Assembly (NCBI GenBank): GCA_951406725.2
Contig: OX597828.1
Span: 46,190,001-46,254,000, forward strand
DNA: 64,000 nt
Direction: 5' to 3'
Source of the DNA: Octopus vulgaris
Lineage: Eukaryota
The notes under the pieces are model-generated. The model was not told the origin of the DNA and did no database searches. It saw nothing but the letters and a program-made list of their open reading frames with translations. Positions 43,198 to 57,578 of this stretch are shown piece after piece (the stretch's first letter is position 1; each line of letters opens with the position of its first letter). Made by a program: the position numbers and the translations under genes.

Positions 43198-43613
43198 ACA
43201 AAGGGTGAAATTAATTAATTAAGAAGTGACTTTCTCTCATTCATTTTTTTTATTTGGCGGCACTAGCACGGAATATGGTCTCTCTGACACCGTTAGGTGA
43301 AAAGTTATTTTCCAGTGCCTTCAAATTTAATATACAATTATTTATAATTGAGGAATCCCACGCTGAAGAGACGAAAATAGTCGGGTAAGGTATAATTATT
43401 TATTATTTATGCTTTATACTAACTTAATTCCGAAACGTACGTCCGTGGGTAACCTAATATAGAATGATTTTCGTCATTTTTTCCCTTTTGCCTGCGTGGT
43501 TTGGTTTTTCTGGGAACTCCCTTTAAAGTAGAAGGAAAGGCTAAGATTTTTTGACTGCTATTTCTAAACTTCGGTATGTGGTGAAGCAAATCGTTGCTGA
43601 ACCCTAATTATAT
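43195..43613 (+). mobile_element. (TA)n-embedded pLTR-like non-coding element
   Basis: Bounded by (TA)n on both sides; contains a hammerhead; 3' part homologous to 25445-25553; first ~30 nt resemble an inverted copy of the tail seen at 25626-25660. Confidence 0.75.
43351..43455 (+). ncRNA. type I hammerhead ribozyme motif with long stem-loop II
   Basis: agg.aat.cccacg-CTGAAGA-..62 nt..-GAAAC-gtac-GTC-cgtggg.taa.cct; perfect 6-bp stem I with extension; GUC cleavage triplet. Confidence 0.82.
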
Positions 43614-43680
<67 letters not shown>

Positions 43681-43731
43681 TATGAACATATATGTATGTA
43701 TATATGCATATACTTATATATTATTTATATT

Positions 43732-44048
<317 letters not shown>

Positions 44049-44061
44049 ACATATATAATAT

Positions 44062-44229
44062 ACCGGAGTAAACACATAAATGTGAAACAAGGTGGAAAAA
44101 AAGAGTACTCAAATACCAGTGGTAGAGTAATATGCTTTATTTAAAGCAGTAGAAAATTCCGATGAACGGCAACGTGAAACTCAGAGTAACAGGTTTTGTT
44201 GAATTTTCTGCTGTTTTAAATAAAGTATA
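44062..44229. mobile_element. inverted pLTR-like fragment with a hammerhead core at 44159-44188 (+)
   Basis: CCGATGA-acg-gcaa-cgt-GAAAC-tcaga-GTA enclosed by a 29-bp inverted repeat (44131-44159 / 44201-44229); TA-rich flanks. Confidence 0.7.
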
Positions 44230-44392
44230 TATAAAATATATATATATAAAATTATAACTAAGGGTATCTACGAGATACCGCCATGCCGAAAATAGCACCC
44301 AGTATATGACTCTAAAATCACCTTAAATGTTCCTATATCACAAGGAGAGAAGACAAAAAGACAAAATAAAACTAGTAAAAAATTACTGGATA

Positions 44393-44451
44393 ATTCCAGA
44401 TCCCGGATTTCTGACTTTGCATTTAGAAATACTTTGCCACATCAGTGGAAT
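44393..44451 (-). ncRNA. type I hammerhead-like motif (core variant CUGAUGU, AUC triplet)
   Basis: Minus strand attcca-CTGATGT-ggcaaagtatttctaaatgcaaagtca-GAAAT-ccggg-ATC-tggaat; perfect 6-bp stem I. Confidence 0.65.
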
Positions 44452-44628
44452 ATACGCAGAGAGAAACAAATACATATATATAAATACAACATACGAATAC
44501 TTACAAATACGAACGTATACATACATATATATGCGCGTATAATAATAATAATTATTATCTTTGAAAGTTTTTTTTCCATGCTGGCCACTTGATAAGATCG
44601 TTATTTAATTCAAATCAACGATCTAATG

Positions 44629-44706
<78 letters not shown>

Positions 44707-44710
44707 TCAA

Positions 44711-44910
44711 ATGTGACCACGTGTGTACCGTTGGCGATTTTTTTCTCTCCGTCTTCCCTTCTCTGGTTCTTTCCTTTCCCATGTTTCTGACGAAGAGCTC
44801 CGTAAAACCCTCCTTCTTCCCTTCCTTCCTGAGCGTCCAATAATACTATTTTGGTTCCACGTCCTCGCGTTGTTGTGTTTTCTCTTTGTGTTTTCATGTT
44901 TGGATTAACT

Positions 44911-44911
<1 letters not shown>
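44711..44911 (+). mobile_element. family H1 element, hammerhead disrupted by a small deletion of the GAAAC strand
   Basis: ATGTGACC..CTGACGAAGAGCTCCGTAAAACCC..GGATTAACT between (TA)n tracts. Confidence 0.85.
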
Positions 44912-44964
<53 letters not shown>

Positions 44965-44973
<9 letters not shown>

Positions 44974-45106
44974 GAAGGAGCTTCTACAGGACTAGAACTG
45001 TTTCATTCAAGAGAAATCTTCAGGAAGCTCCTTCTATATAATAAATTAATTTTACTCTGCTATGTATTGAGTACCTTATTTACTGTGGTTAACCCCGAAT
45101 CAACCC

Positions 45107-45110
<4 letters not shown>
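44965..45110. mobile_element. inverted pLTR-like fragment, hammerhead-like core on the - strand at 44990-45023
   Basis: Perfect 20-bp inverted repeat 44965-44984 / 45024-45043 around the core; same family as 28801-28938. Confidence 0.7.
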
Positions 45111-45147
<37 letters not shown>

Positions 45148-45861
45148 GTATATTTATATATGTATCGGTGAGTAGGTTTCTGTGTTTCTATGTTGACATC
45201 GTTTATATTCTCGTACACTGCTGAGTATATATTTAACTGTACACGTCTGCTAAATTTTCGTGTTGCCGCTTAGCCTCACGTCAGATTTCATCTACTCTGC
45301 CGAAGTCACACAAGTACATTCGTTTCAAAAGTGAGTAAGAGTACAGTGTCTCAAGTGTCCTGTACTACACAAACTGTTATGCAGATATTTGATGCAGAAT
45401 TGGATGACGTTCGTGCGTTTTATTGTGAGGTGTTTGTTTGTGTAAAATACAGTGCTGGGAATTTAGAAATGGTTGAAGCACACGCAGACATACAAACCTT
45501 CGTACACACTCACAACACACAAGTACACGCACACATGCACGCACAGACGCATGCACCCACATACAGCCTCACACTAACAGTTATTCAGATATGCATACAT
45601 GTTCACACATATGTAGTAAACTTATGTTTATACGCACACACACATATATATATATATATGTGTGTGTATATGTATATGTATATATACATATACATATATA
45701 TGTGTGTATACACATATATATATATATAATTACAAGCACATATATATATACACACACAACACACACGTGTGAATATATATATATATATTTATATATATGT
45801 TTCTTTAGATATATACATATGTATATATATAAATACATACACATATATATACATATACATA

Positions 45862-45970
<109 letters not shown>

Positions 45971-45996
45971 TGGTGCCTTGTTGTACCATTTATCTA

Positions 45997-46030
<34 letters not shown>

Positions 46031-46491
46031 TGCAAGAGTTTACACGTTTTCTCATTGAGGTATACGCTTTCAAAGCGTCCTACTTGCTGTACTAACTAAA
46101 AGATTATCTTCGTCTTAATCTAAAGAAATCCAATACGCTCCATATTTTCTCTCATCTGTTATTATTCGGGTGGCGGGAGTGGGGGACCCAAATGGGGTAA
46201 AGCAACATCATATTCGTCAACAAGTGTGGGCTACCGTTATCTGCAGGCGCATTCATATAGCTGCGCACCTTCGTTTCATGTGCACTATTTATATCTGTCT
46301 CGTCGTGTTCAGGGACACCCCCTAGTGGTGAGCGGTACACATGCTGTTACCGATTTTAGTATTTTAACTTGGTATATTTGTGCGCGTGCATCAGTGAGGA
46401 ACTATACACAGGCATATAGACACACACACGTTTATATACAGCGAAAGATATACATACGTTATACATATACATATATACACAGGATATAGAC

Positions 46492-46524
<33 letters not shown>

Positions 46525-46644
46525 CACATTCAAATTTATACTAATTTGTTTTTATTTGATACATTCATTTTAATACACTCTTTCTCACTTTCTTACTCTC
46601 TCTCTCTCTCTCTCTCTCTAAATTCATATATATTTGGAAATGCA

Positions 46645-46686
<42 letters not shown>

Positions 46687-46741
46687 AATGTATATACATA
46701 TAAATATATATATATATATATATATATGTACATGTATATAC

Positions 46742-46870
<129 letters not shown>

Positions 46871-46908
46871 GTGAAAGAAAGATTTGTAACTGTGTATGTA
46901 TTTATGCT

Positions 46909-46948
<40 letters not shown>

Positions 46949-47079
46949 CGCATATGGTGAGGGAGAGTGAGAGGGAGAGACATACGTGCACACAATATAT
47001 ATATATAATTAGTTTTTATTTACGTAGGACATTTGTTCCACGCCCAAAACTTTTATAATAATAACAACAATAAACAGAT

Positions 47080-47120
<41 letters not shown>

Positions 47121-47381
47121 TGCAAACACACACACACACACACATATATATATACATATATGTGTAGACGTAGATGTATAAATAATTTTATGCCTATATA
47201 TTTGTATGCGTGTGAACGTGTGTTCGAAATTTTTAGTTTTTTCCTTCTTGAGTTATTAAGGAGGGCCTCAGCTGTTTATTAATATTATCATCACCTTTAT
47301 TATTATTATTATTATTATTGTTGTTATTATTATTATTATCATTATTATTGTTATTATTATCATCATCATCATTATCATTAA

Positions 47382-47419
<38 letters not shown>

Positions 47420-47472
47420 AATTATTATTATTATTATTATTATTATTATTTTTATCATTATTATTATTTTTA

Positions 47473-47535
<63 letters not shown>

Positions 47536-48382
47536 GTAGTAGTAGTAGTAGTAGTAGTAGTTGTTGTAGTAGTAGTAGTAGTAGTATCACTGTTGGTATT
47601 GTGAAACTGAGTAAAAGAGAAAAAGTGTCTTTATTTTTTCCTTTCTTCTTTCCCTCTGTTTCCACTCATTATTTGATTCGTTTGCCAAAAACAAAAGGTT
47701 TGAATGCTCTCTATGTGTATTACGTTGCGGAACATTAATTTATCTTACAAGAAAACAGGAGTTTTCATTAATATTCTTTGGTGATTTGGTCCCAAGCGCC
47801 CCAGTTTGAGAGATAGGTGTCAAGCGATAATAACAACTTAAAAAATAATTAACTGGAATATCATTTTATCGACCCTTTAGCAAGAGAAAAGTTTAGTTGA
47901 CACCTACGAGATTTGAACTCACAATCAAGAAATCCACAAGGTATATCGCAAGGCATTTATTCCAGTGTTCAGTTGATGCTACAAACAGGCTGCCTTTCTA
48001 TATCGCCATCTCATTTTGTTTGCTTCAGTGTATCATCCCACAAAACGTGACCGCAGTTTTTACATTATACATGATCATCTACGTGTGTATATGCATGCAT
48101 GTATGTATGTATGTATGTATGTATGTATGTATGTATGTATGTATGTATGTATGTATGTATGTATGTATGTTTGTATGTATATATGTATGTATGTATGTAT
48201 CTATGTATGTGTATATATATATGCATATATATATATACATACAAATATATATGTATATATACATATAATACAAAATAAGAAAATGGAGAAATACATCCAA
48301 ATAAAATATCAATTACCAGATAATACCCAATCACATACTTTATTAAACCACCACATAAGAAACTTCAAGGTCAAACATAATA

Positions 48383-48470
<88 letters not shown>

Positions 48471-48511
48471 GTATGTATGTATATATATGCATATATGTAT
48501 ACATATATCTA

Positions 48512-48651
<140 letters not shown>

Positions 48652-48699
48652 GAGAGATAAACAGACAAATAAATGAAGTCCCTGCTCTAATTTGCGTCC

Positions 48700-48995
48700 A
48701 CTGACACGAAGTTGGTTCATCGGGGATTCTTGACAGTAGGAGATTCAGTTTTGCCTTCACTCCATGCAGGTCTTTCAAGTTCTTCTGCTGGATACCGCAA
48801 AGCTGTTAGTCCTTGAATCCGCGGCATTGCACTATCTTGTTGTGTATTTTGATAGTAATGGTGGGATCTTGACCTCTGTTCAATGGGACTTTATGCTGGT
48901 GAGGTTATAAATTTCAATGCAAAATTTTGGACAAGTCCTACCTTGATCTTCCAGCTGTATATAACATCATACACGCCTTCATCCCAGGGAGTACG
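48700..48995 (-). pseudogene. decayed CR1/L2-group LINE ORF2 C-terminal fragment
   Basis: Manual translation [17 protein letters not shown] and LKDLHGVKAKLNLLLSRIPDEPT, resembling the IIY.WKI..LD..L..PDEP end of such ORF2 proteins. Confidence 0.6.
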
Positions 48996-49020
48996 GTGTG
49001 ATTCGTTATGTATGCATGTA

Positions 49021-49155
<135 letters not shown>

Positions 49156-49539
49156 AGAGAGAGAGAGAAGGGGGGAGATAGAAAGATAAATAGACAGATA
49201 GACAGACAGATAAACCGACACGCAGCTAGATAGAAATATATGCATAAGTGGATATAGACACACACATGATCACACACTTTATATAAATATATATAATTAT
49301 AAGCATATGAACTTATATACGTATCCATTCATATATGTTTGATATAACTTGCAGTCGCACGCGTAGTTTTGCAATAAATTTTTACGGCTATTATAACGAG
49401 CGGTTTATCAGATCGAGTGCGTTTGATGAGTGAAAATGACTAGCTGTGTACGCTATGCATTGTTAGATACATACATACATACGTATAGACATATATACAT
49501 GCACCCCACTACACATATAAGTATGTGTGTGTATGTGTT

Positions 49540-49583
<44 letters not shown>

Positions 49584-49814
49584 GGTCTATACTCGGTTAA
49601 CACTTCATTCTGAAGCATGTGTATATTGACTTCTAATAGAAGGTTATTAGAATCACACACACACACACACACACTCACATACATATGACGGACTTCTACG
49701 CTGTTTCCGTCAGACGAATTTAGTTTCACATTTGACGTAGAGGGGCTGAACCGGAAACAATGTGGTTGGAAAGCGATATCTTTACCGCATTCATCCTGTG
49801 TCATAATAATCGCT

Positions 49815-50590
49815 CCAAATTTTGACACAAGGCTAGCAATGTTAGGAGAGGAAGTAAGTCGATTTCATTGAGCCCATTGATCAACTGGTACTGATTTTAA
49901 CGACCTCAGCGGAATTCGAACTCAGTAACGTAAAGACAGACGAAATCTTGTTAAGCATGTTACCCAGCGTACTAACGTTTCTGACAGCTCATCGCCTTAA
50001 TCCCATATTATAATATTGATTTAAATCTTGACACAAGGCAAGCAAGATTGAGGGATCTGGTAAGTCGATTACATCGACCCCAGTGCGTAACTGGTACTTA
50101 ATTTATCGACCTCGAAAGGATGAAAGGCAAAGTCGACCTCGGCGGAATTGTGAGTTCAAATTCCGCCGAGGTCGACTTTGCCTTTCATCCTTTCGAGGTC
50201 GATAAATTAAGTACCAGTTACGCACTGGGATCGATGTAATCGACTTAATCCCTTTGTCTGTCCTTGTTTGTCCCCTCTATGTTTAGCCCCTTGTGGGCAA
50301 TAAAGAAATATATATCAACACCAGGATTCAAATGGGACTTATCTCCTGGAGACCGTTCTCCGAAATTACTGAAATCAATAGTAGTAACAACAATAAAGCA
50401 GTGAGCTGGTTGATTAATTAGCGCGTCGGGTGAGATGCTTAGCGGGCATTTTGTCTGTCTCTACGTCCTGAGTTCACATTCCGCTGAGGTTGACTTTGCC
50501 TTTTACCCATGTGTACTGATGGGGGGGGGGGTGTCATCGACTTACCTCATCCTTGATATTACTGGCCTAGTGTCAAAAATTTGAAAACAA
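49815..50590. mobile_element. cluster of four SINE family A pieces, including a head-to-head palindromic pair
   Basis: Minus copies ~49815-49998 and ~50020-50149; plus copies 50151-50310 and ~50398-50586. Confidence 0.85.
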
Positions 50591-50680
50591 TATTGATACC
50601 CACGATGATTTCAATAATTAAGAGAAATATTTTGTAAGTGATTGGGTCTCTCATTTTATAGGCTCATTTATTGAGAAAAT

Positions 50681-51071
50681 GTGGAGGCGCAATGGCCCAG
50701 TGGTTAGGGCACCAGACTCGCGGTCATAGGATCGCGGTTTCGATTCTCAGACCGGGCGTTGTGAGTGTTTATTGAGCGAAAACACCTAGAGCTCCACGAC
50801 GCTCCGGCAGGGGATGGTGGTGATCCCTGCTGTACTCTTTCACCACAACTTTCTCTCACTCTTACTTCTTGTTTCTGTTGTACCTGTATTTCAAAAGGGC
50901 CGGCCTTGTCACTCTCTGTGTCACGCTGAATATCCCCGAGAACTACCTTAAGGGTGCACGTGTCTGTGGAGTGCTCAGCCACTTGCACGTTAATTTCACG
51001 AGCAGGCTGTTCCGTTGATTCGGATCAACCGGAACCCTCGTCGTCGTAACCGACGGAGTGCTTCTGTTCTG
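50681..51071 (+). mobile_element. SINE family C, full length with 12-bp TSD
   Basis: TSD TATTGAGAAAAT at 50669-50680 and 51072-51083; A box TGGCCCAGTGG; anticodon-like arm GACTCGCGGTC. Confidence 0.92.
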
Positions 51072-51441
51072 TATTGAGAAAATAAAATTGGATTAAACAA
51101 GATTTGAATTTCAAATGTTAAATATAACTAAATGAATGAAATAAAATAAAATAAAATGAAAATAATATGTTTTAAAAATAATATTATATATTATATAAGA
51201 TAATAATAATATTTTTTAAAAATTAGTTAGAATAAAGCCTATGTTAATATTACTAAACAGATTTTTTTCTGTTACTGTCACAATATTACAAACGCCCCCC
51301 AGTACAATGGAAAATAGAATCGCAATGAACAATTTTACGTCATACAGTATTCATACACAAACACTCAAATACACACACAAATACAAATAGACACACACGT
51401 ATATACATATACATACACGCGCATACACATACATACATAGT

Positions 51442-51480
<39 letters not shown>

Positions 51481-51484
<4 letters not shown>

Positions 51485-51687
51485 GACCTCGTGAGTACCA
51501 CCAGCGATTTTTTTCCTCTGTCTTCCCTTCTCAGGATCTTTCCTTCTCCTATGTTTCCGACGAAGAGCTCCGCTCGAAACGTTCAACCCTCCTTCTTCCC
51601 TTCTTTCCTGAGCGTCCAATAATACTTTATTTGTTCCACGTCCTCGCGTTGGTGTGTTTTTTTTTCTTGGTGTTTTCTTGTTTGGAT

Positions 51688-51692
<5 letters not shown>
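51481..51692 (+). mobile_element. family H1 element with hammerhead motif at 51553-51587 (CCGACGA variant)
   Basis: gttt-CCGACGAA-gagc-tcc-gctc-GAAAC-GTT-caac; between (TATG)n and (TA)n. Confidence 0.85.
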
Positions 51693-51765
<73 letters not shown>

Positions 51766-51779
51766 TGTATGTATGTATG

Positions 51780-51830
<51 letters not shown>

Positions 51831-52116
51831 GAGTCAAAAGATTTACTATACGCTTGCATAATCACCATACAGAATGTGAGGTTAAATTCGCAGTGTGTCA
51901 CTACAAAAGAGAGAAGTCACCAACACAGTATAGAAAATTCGAACAATATAGAATATATACAAAAGAAACTTTACGTAGTCAATCAAGTAAAATAACCCAG
52001 ATAACTGTATCAGTTTTTTAGTTTTCTTTTACTATTTCGCAGAAATATATTTCTTAACATAAATAAGTATATATTAAGAAAATCTTTCTAGATGCTATCA
52101 ATATCTCTATTGTTTA

Positions 52117-52277
52117 GGCGCAGGAGTGGCTATGTGGTAAGTAGTTTCCTTACAAACCACATGGTATCGGGTTCAGTCCCACTGCGTGGCACCTTAGGCA
52201 AGTGTCTTCTACTATAGTCTCGGACCGACCAAAGCTTTATGAGTGGATTTGGTAGACGAAAACTAAAAGAAGCCCGT
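52117..52277 (+). mobile_element. SINE family B 5' half
   Basis: Homology to 41312-41475; followed by an unrelated repeat at 52280-52670. Confidence 0.88.
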
Positions 52278-52604
52278 ATATGCAGGAGGAAAGATATATA
52301 TACATTTTTATTGTATTTTGTATTTATATTTGTGTAACATCGTCTGTTTTTCTGTCCTTGTCTTCGTATATATTCGATGCTTTTTTCCAAGGAATCTAAT
52401 GCATTTAGCTTAGTTTTTCCTTGGGGTTGGCCAGATTGGAGTAATCTCAAGATTAATCAACCGAAATTGTGAGGATGATCCGGTTCTTGACTGAGGATAG
52501 AAAGTTTCGAATGACCCTTGTTTTTTGTATCGTCTATCTGGGTGTTTTGTTGTTCCTTTTGGTATCATCTAGTTGTCCGGATGTTTTGCGTTCTTGTCCC
52601 ATTT

Positions 52605-52635
<31 letters not shown>

Positions 52636-53229
52636 AATATATATAGCGGCGTACGTACACTTTGTTCTCGTTTATATATATATAAGACCTACATATATCT
52701 TCATTAAGTATATATTCACATAGTCTCATTCTTAGAATGGGGAAACATTCTAATTTTACTTTTAATTATAAAAGTTTTGTATTTATTTTAAATAATATTT
52801 AAGGTTATGTATTATTAATTATCAATATAGCATCCTATTATAACAATCATAAAAATCATTTACACATGATAAATACATATTATGTTTAAAATTTTTTTTG
52901 TACGCAAGAAATATTTTTCATCCCTCAGGTTAAGTAAAGGAATTGTAGGCATTAATGTAAATAATTTCTCAATCAAATAAAGAAAGAACCTCGTATTTCT
53001 TATATTGTAGCTAGATGTAGTAACCAAGATATTCCATTCGAGATAAAAATTAATTGTTTCACGCTTAAGCTTCCAAATGAATTTACTTAGATCCGTTGAA
53101 TTCTGTCTTTTCCTATTCGAAAATGTGTATAAATGAATTCATAAACGCTATTTTATTTCGTTTTTAGTCGATTCAATATAAACATATAAATATATATTTA
53201 TGATCATTATTACTATTATTATTATTATT

Positions 53230-53832
53230 CTATATTTGAATTTTGCTTTACGTTTGCACAAGCTGGCTCCAAGTCTCACCCAGAGACCTCAAGAGACAAC
53301 AATTTCGAAGTTCATGTTGGTGTTATGCCTAGGGTGCCATATATTTGGTTTTGTACTTAGTGTTGTACTAGTGAATGCCTAAAGTACCATACGAAAATTA
53401 TGTTTGTTTTAAAACTTGAGATTACATAGAAAGTATTTTGCGTAGGATATGAGCAGTTCCCATGAGCAATATCTTTTGAATTTCTGCCATTTTGGGGTCT
53501 CCTGGTATCTGAGTTAGGTAGCAATCAGCCCCTTTTGCTGTCATTCCCAGGGACCTATGACAACAGGTATTGTTTTAGTCCTCAGGTTCCACATTTTGCT
53601 GATTTCTATTTCCAGATCTTAATATGTGCTCAGTTTCTGGTAGGTCTTGATAGATACGTTTATATCGATTGGGACAGTCATATCAATGAGGGGGCATGTT
53701 TTTTGCCTGAAGTCTTTAACTATGATATCTGGCCTATTCGTGTCTATCTTTCTGTCAGTCTGAATGGTGAAGTTCTAGAGGAGTGAGATGTGGTCATTTA
53801 CAAGCACTGGAGGTGGTTTGTGTTCCCACCAG
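53230..53832 (-). mobile_element. R4/Dong-type 3' fragment, same subfamily as 33657-35180
   Basis: Reverse complement aligns with 34830-35180 and the 3' UTR at 7700-7920; (AAT)n on both sides. Confidence 0.9.
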
Positions 53833-53834
53833 TT

Positions 53835-53929
<95 letters not shown>

Positions 53930-53952
53930 CATTATTATTATTATTATTATTA

Positions 53953-54029
<77 letters not shown>

Positions 54030-54030
54030 T

Positions 54031-54142
54031 TCATTGAGTGAGAGAGCAGTGCATGTCATCAAAGTGACACTGGGGTAAAATATACGAAGTCCAGTATACA
54101 CATCATGACTACCCGTCTGATAAGGGTACACTAGACAGGGCA
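54031..54142 (-). mobile_element. short 3'-end copy of the (AAT)n-targeting retroposon
   Basis: Reverse complement of 6249-6357; tail runs into (AAT)n at 53836-54027. Confidence 0.82.
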
Positions 54143-54319
54143 TTTATAATTATTTTTATTTATTTTTTTATTAATATATATACATGCATATATACAAACT
54201 TATATTGAAACATATATATATATGCACGTATTTATGTATGTATGTGTATATCGGGAATTTCAAAATGTCACTATTTGGTTTGATTTCCTTATTAGGATTA
54301 ATATTTGTCCATCTTTCTG

Positions 54320-54405
<86 letters not shown>

Positions 54406-54508
54406 CATCTATCTATCTATCTATCTATCTATCTATTTGTCTGTCTGTCTATCTATCTATCTCTCTCTCTATCTCACTATCTATTTCTCTCTCTCTCTCA
54501 ATATCTGT

Positions 54509-54701
54509 ATGTGACCACGTGTGTATCGTTGGCGATTTTTTTCCTCCGTCTTCCTTTCATTCGACCTTTCCTTTTCCTATGTTTCTGACGAAGAGCTCTG
54601 CTCGAAACGTTAAATCTTCTTTCTTTCCTTTCCTGTGCGTCCAATATCACTATACATGTTCCACGTCCTCGCGTTGTTGTGTTTTCATGTTTGGATTAAC
54701 T
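54509..54701 (+). mobile_element. family H1 element with intact minimal hammerhead at 54581-54615
   Basis: gttt-CTGACGAA-gagc-tct-gctc-GAAAC-GTT-aaat; ends GGATTAAC-(TA)n. Confidence 0.85.
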
Positions 54702-55446
54702 ATATATATATATATATATATATGTTATGGCTGAATTGCGGAAATTTGTTATCTATACATAGCGTTTTAAAACTTCCTCCTTATATTGGGTCATCCCATA
54801 AATAAATAGTTTTTTTCAATTGCATGAACTAAACCTCGGAGGGGGACTGTATAAACTACCAGCATCAACTTGCTATAAAGAGCAGGTAGTAAGTTTACCT
54901 TGCTCTTATTGTTACTGCAAGTTTTGAAGATTGCGGTTCCATTCCAAACTCCGATTCCAAAATTAATCCTGCAACAAAAATAAATATTTCATGTTTCGGC
55001 GATGAAGTAATTTTTCCGAAACGTGAAACTTATTTTCTACCGTACATCTTAAACGTAACGCTACTCATTGAACTCTTTAACCCTAAGCACTACATGCAAT
55101 ATGTTTACGTATAACTTACTTGAGGATGTTGCGTAGGTGTTGTGTGTTTGTAGAAAATGGACGGACTGTACCTATATGTATGTATATATGTATATACATG
55201 TATGTGTGTGTGTTTGTGTGTATGTGTGTGTAGGAGGAGAGAGAGATTATGAGTGTAACACTAGTACACACCACTCCTTGGAATACATCTTGTTTATGGT
55301 GCAGCGTTCGTGTGAACACTGGACGCCATATAACATCTATTATGCGTATATCCCTGTTAAGTAAGTACACAAAAACACTGGCGCCATACAATATTTTGTT
55401 TATATTTCAATGTTGTTACACTTTCCTTCTTTTACCCCTCTTTCAC

Positions 55447-55513
<67 letters not shown>

Positions 55514-57182
55514 GTTTTTAAAATTATGTACGTGTATAACTTTATCAGTTGAAAAACCACACTTTTCATTAATCAATAGGTATTTGTAAACCGAGTAACA
55601 TTACTAGCCAGATAGTTCTCTCCCTTCCCCCACGTCATCCTCCATTGCGTATATTGTATCAACCGATTTGCTGATATATCCTGTCAACTTGTACTCGCTT
55701 ACCCACCTCACTTTCACACCCTCTCTGTTGTCACCTTAAACACTTTCTATTCTCGTCCACCCCTCTCTCTCTCTCTCTCTCTCTCATTCGCTCACATTCT
55801 CACTCTTGCCCTCTCTCTCTCTCTCGCTCTTGTGTCCTTGAAATGTGTTTGGATAGCATCATTTTATTAGTAAAATATCACCGAATTCACTTCCTGGTTA
55901 GGAATGGGGGATCTGGTGTCACATTTATTTCACTTAGATATCAGTCGGTGTGGTGACGATGGGGAAGGATGATAGGAAAGGTGTATTATTTATATTCTTA
56001 TTTGTTTATCTACAAATCTAGTTGCTTTATTTATATATTTATCGATGTTTATTTCTTATATATTTATTTATTTATTGAAATCTGCTTTCAAGAAAGCACA
56101 ACGATGAAAATTCAAAACAATTGTTTGTTTTTATTATGAAGCACCTAAAAAGAGGTTTATATTGCAGACTTTACTGGAAATAATGACTTGGTGGCCTTTA
56201 TGGTTAGCATCTAGCTTAGAATTTGTTTTAAAACCTGAAAATAAATTGACCGGAAGTGGAGACAGTGCCACCCAATAATTTCATAGAGAAAATATAAAGG
56301 GAACTGATAAAATCCCTTAACTGTATCAACACAACTCTCTTATTATACGGAGCCCACAGCCACCTACTTGCATTGATGATACGTATATTAAGTATTTCAG
56401 AAACAGCATTTAGCTACACCATATGAAAATACTACTCAAAATTTATGATACTTTTCATTATGAATAAAATATGCATAAAGTTTTCATCTTGTATAAGACA
56501 TATATATATGTTCTATATGTGTGTTATGACGCAGAAATTTGTTTCTATGAGTTTATGGGGCATAAACCTCACTACTTCTTATCAATTTGTATTCATTTTC
56601 TTTAAACATTAACATGCATGTTGACCACTGATACTAATACCCGACTTCCACATTGAAACTGCGCTGAAATCCCTCGGATTCCGATTGAAATATCTATGAT
56701 TAATGAGACACACGCCTAACATATGCACAGACTCATTCAGACTGCATCTATGATCCTAGCATTTTCATCGACTCTAATAATTTCTTTTGTGCTTAGTATG
56801 TGTAACTCATTATGGCAAGTACGCGGTACAACTCTGAACTTATTTACGTAGGATTAATCCGGACTCCTCGCCTAAACTTAAACTTTTCCACATTCGACGT
56901 AAAATGTTGAATTATAAGTTCAAGTACAAAAAGAAAATTATTGGAAGAGTTTTAACTATCCAATCGTGTGAAAGACGTCCCCGTTTAATTAATGAATTAC
57001 ATAGAGATTACACCTGCACTAAAATTTATCAATTAGTTAGCGGCGACTAAGTTAACGCATGAACCATTTTGATAAGTATCTTGTTAATTCTGCTCAAATT
57101 ACTTCTTTCTTGTAAACAATATTTATTCACTTAGAAACGTCAGTTGTTTCGTTGCATCACAATCGTTCTCTCATATATGGAA

Positions 57183-57578
57183 CTAACAGTATCGCCCGGC
57201 GTTGCTCGGGTTTGTAAGGAAAATAACTATATAAGCATTTTTAGAGATGTAAAGCATAATAGACATCTCAATATGGCTAACCACAAGGGGGGGGGTTACT
57301 GTAGCTTTTTACGTTCTGAGATTTAAGAATAAATTTTTAGAGAGTTACTTCCCATATATATGCCAAAAATGCATTAAAAATGGGAAAAATTGATGGTAAA
57401 TATTTTTTTTAAATCGTAGACTCATCGTAGACGCGCGCTAATACCCAGAAGGGCCCGATATGAATCACGACTATAAGATACCCGGTTTTGGTTAAACTGC
57501 ACCGCAAAAGGTGTAAGTAGTTAGGAATCTAAATCGTAGGAGACAGACAGCACACAACCTCACTTTTATATATAAAGA
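57183..57578 (-). mobile_element. non-autonomous Helitron
   Basis: Minus strand starts a|TCTTTATATATAAAAG and ends with hairpin CCCGAGCAACGCCGGG plus 8 nt plus TTAG|t (CTAG variant); no TSD. Confidence 0.8.

Noticed and set aside
50683-50756. Apparent tRNA-Arg(TCG) gene (also 38172-38245 and 63185-63255)
   Set aside because: These are SINE heads: they continue into SINE bodies with TSDs and lack a clean acceptor stem
52416-52475. Possible hammerhead in the 52280-52670 repeat
   Set aside because: A stem and GAAA are present, but there is no CUGANGA-like strand and no valid NUH triplet
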